NCBI GenBank assembly: GCA_905182885.1 | Contig: CAJJCW010000002.1 | Location: 212,869-276,868, forward strand | Direction: 5' to 3' | DNA length: 64,000 bases | Source: SAR86 cluster bacterium SAR86B | GTDB taxonomy: Bacteria > Pseudomonadota > Gammaproteobacteria > Magnimaribacterales > D2472 | In this document: in pieces, positions 37,769-48,014 of the stretch | Layout: every line of letters starts with the position of its first letter | Position numbering within the stretch: the stretch's first letter is position 1 | Made by a program: the position numbers and the translations under genes | The notes under the pieces: generated by a model | Seen by the model: only the letters and a program-made list of their open reading frames with translations | Told to the model about the DNA's origin: nothing | The model's database searches: none

Positions 37769-37933
37769 TTATTTACTTGTACGTTTGGTTATTTCCCAGA
37801 GACCAAGGAGGCCCCAAATTATTGGAAATACATAACTTTCATTACTAATCATTGCTCCCATCCAAACCCCGATTAAAATCATTACAATTAACTTCCATCT
37901 AGGTAAGACTCTTTTTTTTGTAAACCAATTCAT
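37769..37933 (-). CDS. hypothetical small membrane protein (54 aa, two hydrophobic segments)
   Basis: Below the track cutoff; my own translation is MNWFTKKRVLPRWKLIVMILIGVWMGAMISNESYVFPIIWGLLGLWEITKRTSK. It fills the gap between the SDR and the methyltransferase. There is no clear SD sequence. Confidence 0.35.
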   Translation of the reverse strand: MNWFTKKRVLPRWKLIVMILIGVWMGAMISNESYVFPIIWGLLGLWEITKRTSK

Positions 37934-37952
37934 GGGCACTATCTATATTTGT

Positions 37953-38828
37953 CTAGAGCATTTTAATTTTTTGATTCACTATATGTTGCAGTAATGGACT
38001 TTCTGATGCTTTCTTGAATGCTGCATCAATCTCTGAAGAGCGCATTTGTACAACTTCACGATAGTTAGGATGAGTAAAGATATAAAACTCTCCATCATTA
38101 AGGGCCTCGACAACTCTTTTACCAACAATAGAAACATCAATACCACTTTCCACCATTTCTTTAGCTCTATTAAAGAAACTGTTTTCATCCACCTTAGCTT
38201 TAGTGTCAGATTTATACTGAGCTGGACGATTTCTTTCGGAGTTATAAATACGTGTTTGAACAAAAGCAGGACATAAAACAGAAACATTGATATCTTTACT
38301 TTCAAGTTCTCCAGCCCAGCCCTCTGATAGAGCAACTACGGCTGCTTTTGTCGCACTATAAGCTCCGCCATAAGGAACGCCACCCATACCTGCCATTGAA
38401 GCAACATTTACAATCCATCCGCCTTCGCCATGCTCACTGATCAAAGGAACCATCACCTTAGCTCCGAAGACTACTCCCATTAAATTGACGTCTAATACCC
38501 ATTGCCATCCTTTTTTATTTTGGTTTTCAATAGATGTCGAGTCTCCCCCAACTCCAGCATTATTTACAAGCATATGTACTTTTCCAAATCGAGCTATTGC
38601 TTGCTCTGCTACAACCTCCCACTGATCCTCCTCAGCAACGTCCAGCACAACGGACAATACAGAAACTCCAGTGGCTTCAAGCTCTAAGCTAGCTTTTTTA
38701 AGATTTTCTTCATTGATATCTGTGAGTACAATATTCATATTTTGCTCAGCCAATGCTTTAGCAATTGATAAACCAATACCCTCAGCTCCACCACTAATAA
38801 CTGCAGTTTTTCCTGTAAATTGTGACAT
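37953..38828 (-). CDS. SDR family oxidoreductase
   Basis: SGGAEGIG (TGxxxGxG-like), NNAG and YSATK motifs. Confidence 0.85.
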   Translation of the reverse strand: MSQFTGKTAVISGGAEGIGLSIAKALAEQNMNIVLTDINEENLKKASLELEATGVSVLSVVLDVAEEDQWEVVAEQAIARFGKVHMLVNNAGVGGDSTSIENQNKKGWQWVLDVNLMGVVFGAKVMVPLISEHGEGGWIVNVASMAGMGGVPYGGAYSATKAAVVALSEGWAGELESKDINVSVLCPAFVQTRIYNSERNRPAQYKSDTKAKVDENSFFNRAKEMVESGIDVSIVGKRVVEALNDGEFYIFTHPNYREVVQMRSSEIDAAFKKASESPLLQHIVNQKIKML

Positions 38829-38845
38829 GTTAATTTTTTCCTTTT

Positions 38846-39586
38846 TTATAAACTGTTAATTTCATCGGCAACCCAACTAAGTGACCAATTATGTCCAAGC
38901 TTTTTACCTCTGTAAACTTCTGGCAATCTCACTATATTACTATTTTTAAGATTAATAATTTGTGGATCTACCTTAAGATCTTTAAATGCTCCATCAAGTT
39001 TTTTTTGAGTTCTCCACTCATAGAAATTTACGTTAGGATTTATGAATATAGGCTCCCCATAATTACATAACTTATTTAATTTTTCAGAGCCAATTAAGGG
39101 TCCTGCTATTGAATGTATATCCAGTTGAGTATCAGATATCCATGATTCAGAAAACATGGATACCAATAGAGCTCCGTAACTATGACCCATAAGAGTAATT
39201 TTTTTGATGCTTATGTTTTTCTCAAGCAAGCTATCTATTTCCTTACCTAAGATACGGAAAGCTGAATTTGGACAGCTGGCATCATCCCATCTAAAGAAAA
39301 GAGTTAATGTTTCTTGATTGTCTATAGTTTTTAAAGGATAAACCCATTCGTAACCATTGCTATTACTTCCATGAACTGCAATTAAAACCTGTGTTTCTTT
39401 TTTTGTTTCGGCCTCTAAAGGATGAAGTCCGAACTCAAGTCCCATTAGATTTTTACCTGACTCAATAAACTCTACCTCTGCATCTAAATCAGATAACCAC
39501 GGGTAGGGTCTTTCTTCTGAGCATGAAACTAAAAGTATAGAAAAGAATATAAAGTAGAGTGCTTTCATTTTTTTTTGTTTAATCAT
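38846..39586 (-). CDS. alpha/beta hydrolase, predicted lipoprotein
   Basis: Lipobox LLVSC and nucleophile elbow GHSYG. Confidence 0.6.
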   Translation of the reverse strand: MIKQKKMKALYFIFFSILLVSCSEERPYPWLSDLDAEVEFIESGKNLMGLEFGLHPLEAETKKETQVLIAVHGSNSNGYEWVYPLKTIDNQETLTLFFRWDDASCPNSAFRILGKEIDSLLEKNISIKKITLMGHSYGALLVSMFSESWISDTQLDIHSIAGPLIGSEKLNKLCNYGEPIFINPNVNFYEWRTQKKLDGAFKDLKVDPQIINLKNSNIVRLPEVYRGKKLGHNWSLSWVADEINSL

Positions 39587-39596
39587 TATATTAATA

Positions 39597-40514
39597 TTAA
39601 GGTTTTGTTGGTCCAGGAAAAAAGCGATTTGTTTCCTTTTGATAATCCTTATAGCCAGGTCTTTTTTGTGCAGAGAAATATTCCGATGGCACTGCTCCTG
39701 TTGTATAAACTAAAGTGGTGTACATAAATTTGGAGGCTAGTAAAAGTCCTATTCCTAGAAAGAACCATACCAAATCACTTTCAAGGCCTCTAAGTGCTAT
39801 CCATGAAGGGATTGCAGCTATGACTAAACCATTCCAAACCATCCACTCTGCAAAATAGTTAGGATGACGGGAGTATTTCCAAAAGCCAACTTTGCACACT
39901 TGACTGTGTTTACCTTCTTTCTTCATTCTCTGAAGAAAGCTGACCTTCTGGAAATCAGCAATAGATTCCATTGCAAATGCCAGAATCCAAATAACAAGAC
40001 CTACCAACTCTAATACTAAAAACTCTTTACTATTATTGGAGGCGATAATGAAAACAGGAAATGCTAAAAAGGATGCATTAGCTAAGCCTTGTGCAATGGC
40101 ATCTATCTGCAGAGCTAGAGCTGTATTGTTTTTACCCTCTTCTTTCCAGACTATTCGCTGATATTGATACCTAGGAAACTCTTTTTTTAATAAGCCTAAT
40201 TGCCACATTTTTAGAGCGCCTAAACCCATACGAAGTCCAATCAATATAACCACACCACTAACAACTAAAGATCTCAACCAATAACCATCGCTAAAACAAA
40301 AGCTTATTATGCCTAGTAAAACCAAGCCCCAAGGCCACCCTATATCAACATAGCTCATTCGCCCAGTCCGCCATATGGGTATGCATACTACAAAGGTGAA
40401 AAGGACTAACTGGCCCAAGCTATTTAAAAGAGCTAATTTAAAGAATGTTGCAGTCCATAAGATAAGACCCAATCCTATTAAAAAAGGGTAAACAGGGCGA
40501 AAATAATTAATCAT
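39597..40514 (-). CDS. DUF1295 / steroid 5-alpha-reductase-like polytopic membrane protein
   Basis: SRHPNYFAEW motif and about 8 TM segments. Confidence 0.65.
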   Translation of the reverse strand: MINYFRPVYPFLIGLGLILWTATFFKLALLNSLGQLVLFTFVVCIPIWRTGRMSYVDIGWPWGLVLLGIISFCFSDGYWLRSLVVSGVVILIGLRMGLGALKMWQLGLLKKEFPRYQYQRIVWKEEGKNNTALALQIDAIAQGLANASFLAFPVFIIASNNSKEFLVLELVGLVIWILAFAMESIADFQKVSFLQRMKKEGKHSQVCKVGFWKYSRHPNYFAEWMVWNGLVIAAIPSWIALRGLESDLVWFFLGIGLLLASKFMYTTLVYTTGAVPSEYFSAQKRPGYKDYQKETNRFFPGPTKP

Positions 40515-40580
40515 TTAAAATCCCTTCATTATTATGTGCAATAGCTGTTCTTTTCATATTTTGCATCTCTCTTAAAAAAC

Positions 40581-41336
40581 TTATTTTTTATTTCTACTAT
40601 TTAAAAATTTCCATAGCATCTTCGTAACTTTAAAATTAAAAAATATACTTGTTAACCTATATAACCTTCCTGGTATTACTTCGGAAAGACCTTTTATAGA
40701 TGCTGATTCTGTTTCTTCAATTACTTGTTGAGGAGTTACCCACATCCAACTAGCAATTTGCTTTTCTAAATGTGCTAGGCCAGATCTTTTATGAATATTT
40801 GTTTTTACATACCCTGGCAAACTGACTGTAACTGAAACATTTTTCTCTACAATTTCTTCATTTAATGATCTTCCATATGCATATATGCCAGATTTGACTG
40901 CAGCATATATTGCAGACTTTGGCATTGGTATAAGCGCTCCTATGCTTGAAATAATAACTACTCTTCCTGATTTTTTTTCTATCATCCTGGGTAAGTAGTA
41001 TTCTATTAGCTTAATGGGTCCGGCAAACATAAGGTTATTTGCAAATTCAATATCCTCATTAATATTTCTACCTGCCGCACCATTAATTCCTATTCCTGCA
41101 TTGGCAACAACCAAATCCGGAGTTGAGATATTTGAAGTTATTTCTGTGATGGAATCTAAGGAACTTAAATCATGTATATGAATCTTAGAGTGCTCATAAT
41201 TTAGCGTTTTATAAGCCTCTTCTGCCCTATCAATATTTTGAGATACTAAATCAATATACCATCCTCTTTCAGATAAATATTTAGCATATGCGTAACCAAT
41301 ACCAGAGGAAGAGCCAGTTATTAATGCTCTTTTCAT
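40581..41336 (-). CDS. SDR family oxidoreductase
   Basis: ITGSSSGIG, NAG and YAAVK motifs. Confidence 0.8.
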   Translation of the reverse strand: MKRALITGSSSGIGYAYAKYLSERGWYIDLVSQNIDRAEEAYKTLNYEHSKIHIHDLSSLDSITEITSNISTPDLVVANAGIGINGAAGRNINEDIEFANNLMFAGPIKLIEYYLPRMIEKKSGRVVIISSIGALIPMPKSAIYAAVKSGIYAYGRSLNEEIVEKNVSVTVSLPGYVKTNIHKRSGLAHLEKQIASWMWVTPQQVIEETESASIKGLSEVIPGRLYRLTSIFFNFKVTKMLWKFLNSRNKK

Positions 41337-41402
41337 GATTTGTTTATCACTTGTTCCATTAAATAATTATGCCATGAACTTATAGCTTAAAATTTAGAAT
41401 TA

Positions 41403-42539
41403 TTATTCTATAAGAGTTTTTAATAGCGGGGCTATTATGGAAGGGTCTGAGCGGTTCGACTTAAGATTTAGGCCTGTTGGAATTCCACCTAATCGGACAA
41501 CGATAGTTTGTGTTTTTGGGTTGATCATTATGACCTGGAGCCCTAATCCTTCAATCCAAAATATCTCAGGCAAATTATTTAAGCCGCTATAGATATGGTA
41601 TCCATATGAATTACCAACAGACTTTCCAGTAGCCTGTACATAAAATGATTTTGGCGCCGAAGCGTCTTGCACCATTTTGACTAACCAGCTCTTGGATACA
41701 ATTGTATTATTTGGATTTAAGAATAGATTGCCGATAGCTAACCATGACTGTGCTGTAGCAAATAAACAACAATAGCCTGCCGAGCTGACCATAGAAGCAT
41801 CATCCAATCTTAGTGGCTGCCACACCTTTGCTTCAATGATTTCATTGATAGGTTTTTGATACAACCGCTGAAGAATTAGCATTAACAGATGGTAGTTTAT
41901 ATTGTCATAGCTAAACGCTCTATCGCCACCAAACGAAAGTTCTCTAATGCTAAGGTCTAATAATTTATTATTTAATGTGTTTCGCATATCCGCGTTATTT
42001 GATTGAATGCCGGATGAATGTCTTAAAAGATCTCTTATTTCTATTGGTTTATATTGTTCAAGCTCTAGTTCAGGAAGGTATAGGCTAATTAGGTCTGTCT
42101 CAGAGTTAATTAAGCCATCGTCGATAGCAATCCCTATAAGTATTGCAATAACACTTTTTGCCATAGACATGCCATTAACGCCAAGGCCCTGCTTAGCATC
42201 TGCCTCATAACGCTCGTAGATAATTTTCCCTTGCCGTTGAACTATTAATGCTTGGGTTTGGCTTCGATCAAACCATGCATCTAGTATCGAGTTTTCAAGG
42301 TTTAGCTCATTGGTGATTATTTGAGAGGGATTTGTTGATTTTCCAATAATGAGTTCTGGCTCTGACATTAGATAATTATTGGGGCGAGTCATTAGCTCGT
42401 TGGTGTGAGCGTTATACTCAAGGGCAAGCCAATCTTGAATGTCTGATTTAAAGGGCGAAAACATCAAACTTATGACTGTAAAAATTACTACTAAAGCCAT
42501 TGTGGCCAGTATTTTTGGCAACAAATTTTTGTTAGACAT
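41403..42539 (-). CDS. membrane-anchored serine hydrolase (beta-lactamase / class C esterase family)
   Basis: N-terminal TM segment, SxxK (SMAK) and a YxN-like YDN. Confidence 0.7.
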   Translation of the reverse strand: MSNKNLLPKILATMALVVIFTVISLMFSPFKSDIQDWLALEYNAHTNELMTRPNNYLMSEPELIIGKSTNPSQIITNELNLENSILDAWFDRSQTQALIVQRQGKIIYERYEADAKQGLGVNGMSMAKSVIAILIGIAIDDGLINSETDLISLYLPELELEQYKPIEIRDLLRHSSGIQSNNADMRNTLNNKLLDLSIRELSFGGDRAFSYDNINYHLLMLILQRLYQKPINEIIEAKVWQPLRLDDASMVSSAGYCCLFATAQSWLAIGNLFLNPNNTIVSKSWLVKMVQDASAPKSFYVQATGKSVGNSYGYHIYSGLNNLPEIFWIEGLGLQVIMINPKTQTIVVRLGGIPTGLNLKSNRSDPSIIAPLLKTLIE

Positions 42540-42560
42540 TAGTTATCACTTAAGCAATTA

Positions 42561-43307
42561 TTATTTATTTTCTAGGTAAGCTTTCCATGCAATTTTTTGT
42601 AAAAAAACTCTATCATCATCGGAAATTCTGCCGAGGTAGTTATACGAAAGTCCTTCTGGAGAAGAATTAGTAATAGTTGCAAATACAGTACAAGCGCCTA
42701 AATAAGTTCCAAGGAGTCCTGGATGAGTTCCATCGGGATGATGTAATTTAATTTTAGGGTTTTCTTGATAAGCCATTTCATATGCCAAACCTACAGGTAT
42801 AACCAAGGAATCACTTTTTATACCAGCTTCATAGTAAGTTTTTTCAATTTTTTTTATTAAATTTGGTTCATATCTTTTATCATTCTCAAGATATGCATGT
42901 GTCATATACAAGGCTGTTTTTATTCCTAATTTATGAGCTTTACTGCTAAATTTGACAGCAGTTTCAGAAAACTTTTTTCTTGATTCAGGTGTCGTGACCT
43001 CAGCACTACCGCCTTGCATGATAAGTAAATTTATTTGCTTATCTAATTGTAAATTTTCATGATTAAGTAAATGCTCTATATTGTGATTGTGAAGTCTTGA
43101 GCCACCAATTGTTGCAGATTTCGTAACAATATCGTCTTTTTTATAGTGCTCAACCAACAATCTTTTAACATGATTATGAATACTGTCATTGTAATAAAGA
43201 TAGCTATTTCCTACAAAAAGTATTCTATTTGGGTATTCAGAAGCAATACTGTTAGAGAAAAAAATAAAAATAATAAAAAATTTAAAAGAATCTTTAATGT
43301 GTTTCAT
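42561..43307 (-). CDS. secreted SGNH/GDSL-like hydrolase
   Basis: Signal peptide, block I FVGNSY and block V DGTHP. Confidence 0.5.
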   Translation of the reverse strand: MKHIKDSFKFFIIFIFFSNSIASEYPNRILFVGNSYLYYNDSIHNHVKRLLVEHYKKDDIVTKSATIGGSRLHNHNIEHLLNHENLQLDKQINLLIMQGGSAEVTTPESRKKFSETAVKFSSKAHKLGIKTALYMTHAYLENDKRYEPNLIKKIEKTYYEAGIKSDSLVIPVGLAYEMAYQENPKIKLHHPDGTHPGLLGTYLGACTVFATITNSSPEGLSYNYLGRISDDDRVFLQKIAWKAYLENK

Positions 43308-43313
43308 AATTTT

Positions 43314-44879
43314 TTATTCCCACTCAATAGTAGCTGGAGGTTTGCTTGAAATATCATAAACCACCCTACTTACATCCTCTATTTCATTAACTATTCTATT
43401 AGATACATGTTCTAAAAACTCATAAGGCAAATGTGCCCACCTTGCGGTCATGAAATCTACAGTCTCTACTGCCCTGAGGGCAATAACTTCTGCATACCTT
43501 CTTTCATCACCAACAACACCAACAGACTTAACAGGTAAATGAACTGCAAATGCCTGGCTTACTTTATTGTATAGATCAGCTTTTATGAGCTCTTGAATAA
43601 AAATATGATCTGCTTCTTTAAGAATAGAAGTTTTTTCTTTAGTTATTTCGCCTAATATCCTTACGCCCAATCCAGGCCCAGGGAAAGGATGTCTGTTTAA
43701 CATTTCAGCTGAAAGACCAAGCTCTACTCCCATTCTTCTAACTTCATCTTTAAATAGATCTCTAAGGGGCTCTACTAAATCCATTTTCATTTCTTCTGGC
43801 AAGCCTCCAACGTTATGATGAGATTTAATAACCCTAGCTTCTTTTGACTCTGAACCAGAAGACTCAATAACATCAGGGTAAATGGTTCCTTGTGCTAAGA
43901 AATGCACATCCTTAATTTTTGTAGCCTCTGAATCAAATACATCAATAAAAGTTCTTCCAATAATTTTTCTTTTCTGCTCAGGATCTTCAACGCCTTTTAG
44001 ATGCCTAAGAAAAACCTCTTCACTATCTGCTTTAATAACATTTAAAGACATATTTTCTTTAAACGTATTCATGACCTCTTCCGCCTCACCCTTTCTAAGC
44101 AAGCCGTTGTCTACAAAAACACATACAAGTTTATTACCTATAGCCTCATGAAGTAATGCAGCGGTTACTGATGAATCAACACCTCCAGATAAACCTAAAA
44201 GAACTTTATTATTTCCAACCTGCTCTTTGATCTCATTTATTCTTTGGGCGATTAGATTATCCATTTTCCAATCAGCATGAACTTTACATATTTTAAATAA
44301 GAAGTTATCAAGAACTGTTTTACCGTCTTCTGTATGAGTTACTTCGGGGTGAAATTGAATTGCATAAATAGGCTTAGATATGTGCTGCATAGCAGCTATA
44401 GGAGCAGTAGCTGTAGAGGCAACTAGCTCAAAGCCATCTGGAAGATCTTGAACTTGATCTCCGTGACTCATCCAAACATTTAATGTTTTATCAAGATCAG
44501 AAAATAAAATAGAATCAGTGCTTACCGTAAGTTCTGAATGGCCGAACTCTTTATGATCAGCAGATACAACCTGGCCTCCCATTTGCTCAGCCAATGTTTG
44601 CATTCCATAACATATCCCCAACAAAGGAATATTTAAATCAAAAGCAATCTGAGGAATTCTTGGAGTATAGCTATTAGTTACTGAATCAGGCCCGCCTGAT
44701 AGAATAATACCCTTAGGATTAATTGATCTAATTCTTTCTTCGCTAATATCCCAAGGCAATATTTCAGAATAAACATTACTCTCTCTAACCCTTCTAGCTA
44801 TCAATTGAGTATATTGAGATCCAAAATCTAATACCAATATAGTATCGACAGTCTTTTCATTTATAGATAAATTTGTCAC
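43314..44879 (-). CDS. guaA: glutamine-hydrolyzing GMP synthase
   Basis: GATase domain (GICYGMQ), ATP-PPase SGGVDSS, and the C-terminal ATIEWE. Confidence 0.95.
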   Translation of the reverse strand: MTNLSINEKTVDTILVLDFGSQYTQLIARRVRESNVYSEILPWDISEERIRSINPKGIILSGGPDSVTNSYTPRIPQIAFDLNIPLLGICYGMQTLAEQMGGQVVSADHKEFGHSELTVSTDSILFSDLDKTLNVWMSHGDQVQDLPDGFELVASTATAPIAAMQHISKPIYAIQFHPEVTHTEDGKTVLDNFLFKICKVHADWKMDNLIAQRINEIKEQVGNNKVLLGLSGGVDSSVTAALLHEAIGNKLVCVFVDNGLLRKGEAEEVMNTFKENMSLNVIKADSEEVFLRHLKGVEDPEQKRKIIGRTFIDVFDSEATKIKDVHFLAQGTIYPDVIESSGSESKEARVIKSHHNVGGLPEEMKMDLVEPLRDLFKDEVRRMGVELGLSAEMLNRHPFPGPGLGVRILGEITKEKTSILKEADHIFIQELIKADLYNKVSQAFAVHLPVKSVGVVGDERRYAEVIALRAVETVDFMTARWAHLPYEFLEHVSNRIVNEIEDVSRVVYDISSKPPATIEWE

Positions 44880-44891
44880 TTTTTTTGCCTT

Positions 44892-46355
44892 TTAACTTCT
44901 TTGATAATTAGGAGCTTCTTTTGTGATCATTACATCATGCACATGACTTTCGGCCATGCCTGCATTAGTAATCTCAATAAATTGGCAATTTTCTTGCATG
45001 TCCGCAATTGTTTTACTTCCGACATAACCCATGCTCTGTCTAAGCCCTCCAATTAATTGATTTATGACACTAATTACCCATCCTTTAAAAGGAACTCTTC
45101 CCTCAATGCCCTCTGGAACTAATTTTTCTGAAGAAACATCTTCTTGAAAATATCTATTTGCATCCTGCCTTTCACTCATAGCTCCTATTGAACCCATGCC
45201 TCGGTATGTTTTAAAGCTTCTTCCTTGATATAACTCTACCTCTCCTGGAGCTTCTTCAGTTCCAGCAAATAGACCGCCTAGCATTACAGTATCAGCACCG
45301 GCAGCTATTGCTTTTGCAACATCTCCTGAAAATCTAATTCCGCCGTCAGCAATAATGCCTATGTCATGATCTTTTAGAGCTTCTTTGATAGTAAGAATGG
45401 CTGTAATTTGAGGAACTCCAATACCTGCAATTATTCTAGTAGTACATATTGAACCGGGCCCCATACCAACCTTAATTGCATCTGCACCTGCTTTAGCAAG
45501 TGCTATAGCGCCTTCTGGAGTGGCGACATTTCCACCAATGACATCAATATCAGGAAACTCTTTTTTGATAGCCTTTATTGTTTCAATAACATTTTTTGAA
45601 TGGCCGTGAGCACTATCAATTGCGAATAAATCAACTCCAACTTCTTTTAAAGCTCTAGCTCTTTCCAAGGTATCTGAGCCAGTACCCAATGCAGCTCCAA
45701 CCAATAATCTTCCAGATGAATCTTTTGTAGCATTAGGATGTTCAGCTGATTTCTCTATGTCTTTCATCGTGACCAGACCTGTTAAAGACTTTTCATCATC
45801 AAGAACAAGAATCTTTTCAATTCTATTCTCGTACATTAATTTTTTAACTTCTTCTTGGGAAGTTCCTTCTGTAACTGTTACAAGCTTTTCTAATGGAGTC
45901 ATAATTGATGAAACTGGAGCCGCCATATCATCTGCATATCTAAAATCTCTGCTAGTTACGATTCCTTTTAGAATCCCATCATCTACAACAGGCATTCCAG
46001 AGATATTAAGCTCATCTGTAAGCTGCTTAAGCTCAGCAATAGATCTGCTAGATCTTATTGTTGTTGGATCTCTAACAACTCCGCTTTCATGCTTCTTAAC
46101 TGCTCTCACCTGAGCAACTTGCTCATCAGTAGAATTATTTTTATGAATTATTCCTATTCCACCAGCTTCTGCTAATGCAATTGCCATTCTGGATTCTGTA
46201 ACAGTATCCATAGCCGCAGATATAAGAGGCATCTTAATAGAAATATTTTTAGTTAATTTGGTTTCCGTTGAAGCTTCACTTGGAATGAAGTCGCTATACC
46301 TCGGCAAAAGAAGTACGTCGTCGAATGTTAATGCTTTTAATTTTACTTTGTCCAT
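44892..46355 (-). CDS. guaB: IMP dehydrogenase
   Basis: [13 protein letters not shown] pair, catalytic loop [11 protein letters not shown]-like ([12 protein letters not shown]) and GGIRFSGD. Confidence 0.95.
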   Translation of the reverse strand: MDKVKLKALTFDDVLLLPRYSDFIPSEASTETKLTKNISIKMPLISAAMDTVTESRMAIALAEAGGIGIIHKNNSTDEQVAQVRAVKKHESGVVRDPTTIRSSRSIAELKQLTDELNISGMPVVDDGILKGIVTSRDFRYADDMAAPVSSIMTPLEKLVTVTEGTSQEEVKKLMYENRIEKILVLDDEKSLTGLVTMKDIEKSAEHPNATKDSSGRLLVGAALGTGSDTLERARALKEVGVDLFAIDSAHGHSKNVIETIKAIKKEFPDIDVIGGNVATPEGAIALAKAGADAIKVGMGPGSICTTRIIAGIGVPQITAILTIKEALKDHDIGIIADGGIRFSGDVAKAIAAGADTVMLGGLFAGTEEAPGEVELYQGRSFKTYRGMGSIGAMSERQDANRYFQEDVSSEKLVPEGIEGRVPFKGWVISVINQLIGGLRQSMGYVGSKTIADMQENCQFIEITNAGMAESHVHDVMITKEAPNYQRS

Positions 46356-46393
46356 GAAGGATTATAACCAAGACCGAGAAGAAAAAAAAGTAC

Positions 46394-47017
46394 CTAGTCG
46401 ATTCCTAATAACTTATGTTGCTGAATACTTAACTTCCAAACAGGGTCCTTTAAGCAATAATTGATAGCATCAGTAGTATTTTTATCTTTATTCTCTGAAT
46501 CCATGGGCTGTAAGTAGAAATGTGTAAACTGCATATCTTTAAAAACATCTAGGTTGAATTCATTTTGAGGATAAACAACCTTTAACTCGTCTCCATGCTT
46601 TAAAACCAATTCGCTTCCCGCCTTTGGTGATACACATACCCAGTCTATTTCAAAATCAATATCTAAAGTGCCGTTAGTTTCTATTGCTGTTTCAAAATTA
46701 TTATTTTTACATTCAGTGATTAATTCTTTATCTAGCTGAAGCATAGGCTCTCCGCCGGTAAAGACAATGTAGCCATTTTCTTTTGAAGACCAGATCTCAT
46801 TTATTTTTTTAACTAAGGATTCAGCAGAATACTTTCCACCATTAACTCCGTCAGTTCCGACAAAGTCAGTATCACAAAATTGGCATATGGCTGTACTTCT
46901 ATGTTTTTCTCTTCCAGTCCATAAATTGCAACCTGAAAACCTTACAAAAACAGCAGCTCTTCCACTCTGAGCTCCCTCCCCTTGTATGGTTTTATATATC
47001 TCTTTAATTGAATACAT
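46394..47017 (-). CDS. queE: 7-carboxy-7-deazaguanine synthase (radical SAM, CX14CX2C variant)
   Basis: TIQGEGAQSGR motif. The cluster motif C-NLWTGREKHRSTAI-C-QF-C has 14 residues between the first two Cys. Confidence 0.85.
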   Translation of the reverse strand: MYSIKEIYKTIQGEGAQSGRAAVFVRFSGCNLWTGREKHRSTAICQFCDTDFVGTDGVNGGKYSAESLVKKINEIWSSKENGYIVFTGGEPMLQLDKELITECKNNNFETAIETNGTLDIDFEIDWVCVSPKAGSELVLKHGDELKVVYPQNEFNLDVFKDMQFTHFYLQPMDSENKDKNTTDAINYCLKDPVWKLSIQQHKLLGID

Positions 47018-47673
47018 TACGAATAAACTAAAGGGTCAGATGACTTATTATCAGCAAAAGCTTCTAGCCTCTCTACACAAGAACCACACTTTCCGCATGG
47101 ATTGTCTAAACCTTCGTAACAAGTCCATGTTTTTGAATAATCTAAATTTAGGTCTAGTCCTACCCTGAAAATTTCACCTTTATTAAGATTGATAAATGGA
47201 GCCATAACGCTTACTTCTGAGGGATCGCATAGCCCAGCTGCTTGATTCATAGAATCTAAGAAGGCTGGTCTGCAATCTGGATAAATAAAGTGATCTCCTG
47301 CATGGGCGCCATACCAGACCTCGCTAATATTATTAGCAATAGAATATGCAATAGCATAAGAAATAAATATCATGTTTCTGTTAGGAACTATTGTTGATTT
47401 CATAGATTCTTCTTTATAGCTTCCGTGAGGAATTTTATTATCAACATCGACCAAGGAAGTAGATCCAAAAATACTTAAAGGGTCCCCTATATCAATAAGA
47501 GTATGGTTTAAATTAAGTTCCTTACAGTTCTCTTTTGCATACTCAAGTTCTTTAATATGTTTCTGCCCGTATCCAAAAGAAATACAATCTACATCCAAGC
47601 CCTGGCTCAAGGCATGATGAAGTAATGTGAAGGAATCAGATCCTCCAGAATAGATAAGGGTTATTTTTTTCAC
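47017..47673 (-). CDS. queC: 7-cyano-7-deazaguanine synthase
   Basis: SGGSDS PP-loop and the C-terminal zinc motif CGKCGSCVER. Confidence 0.9.
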   Translation of the reverse strand: MKKITLIYSGGSDSFTLLHHALSQGLDVDCISFGYGQKHIKELEYAKENCKELNLNHTLIDIGDPLSIFGSTSLVDVDNKIPHGSYKEESMKSTIVPNRNMIFISYAIAYSIANNISEVWYGAHAGDHFIYPDCRPAFLDSMNQAAGLCDPSEVSVMAPFINLNKGEIFRVGLDLNLDYSKTWTCYEGLDNPCGKCGSCVERLEAFADNKSSDPLVYS

Positions 47674-48014
47674 TTTTCTGAATATAGACTATCTGTTTTA
47701 GAAGCACATATAAAATCATTTTTATGCAGTCCTTCTATTTTGTGAGACCACCATAAGACAGTAACTTTGCCCCACTCTAGGACTATTTTAGGATGATGAT
47801 CTTCCTCATCAGCTATTTTAGTTAGGTTATTGGTAAAATTTATAGCGCCTTGGTAATCCTTAAAACTAAATACTTTTTTTAATTGATGCATAGGGCTGTG
47901 AAGTAAAGTCCATCCCATAAGATCAGGTATAAGGGTACTAATTTCAGCTTCAGATAACTTTGGAGCATCTATTCTGCATGCCTCACAAGATTGTTCAGAT
48001 AAATTAACCACCAA
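47670..48014 (-). CDS. phhB: 4a-hydroxytetrahydrobiopterin (pterin-4a-carbinolamine) dehydratase
   Basis: CEACR N-terminus and EEDHHPKIVLEWGKVTVLWWSHKIEGLHKNDF; close to the PhhB pattern. Confidence 0.85.
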   Translation of the reverse strand: MVVNLSEQSCEACRIDAPKLSEAEISTLIPDLMGWTLLHSPMHQLKKVFSFKDYQGAINFTNNLTKIADEEDHHPKIVLEWGKVTVLWWSHKIEGLHKNDFICASKTDSLYSEK

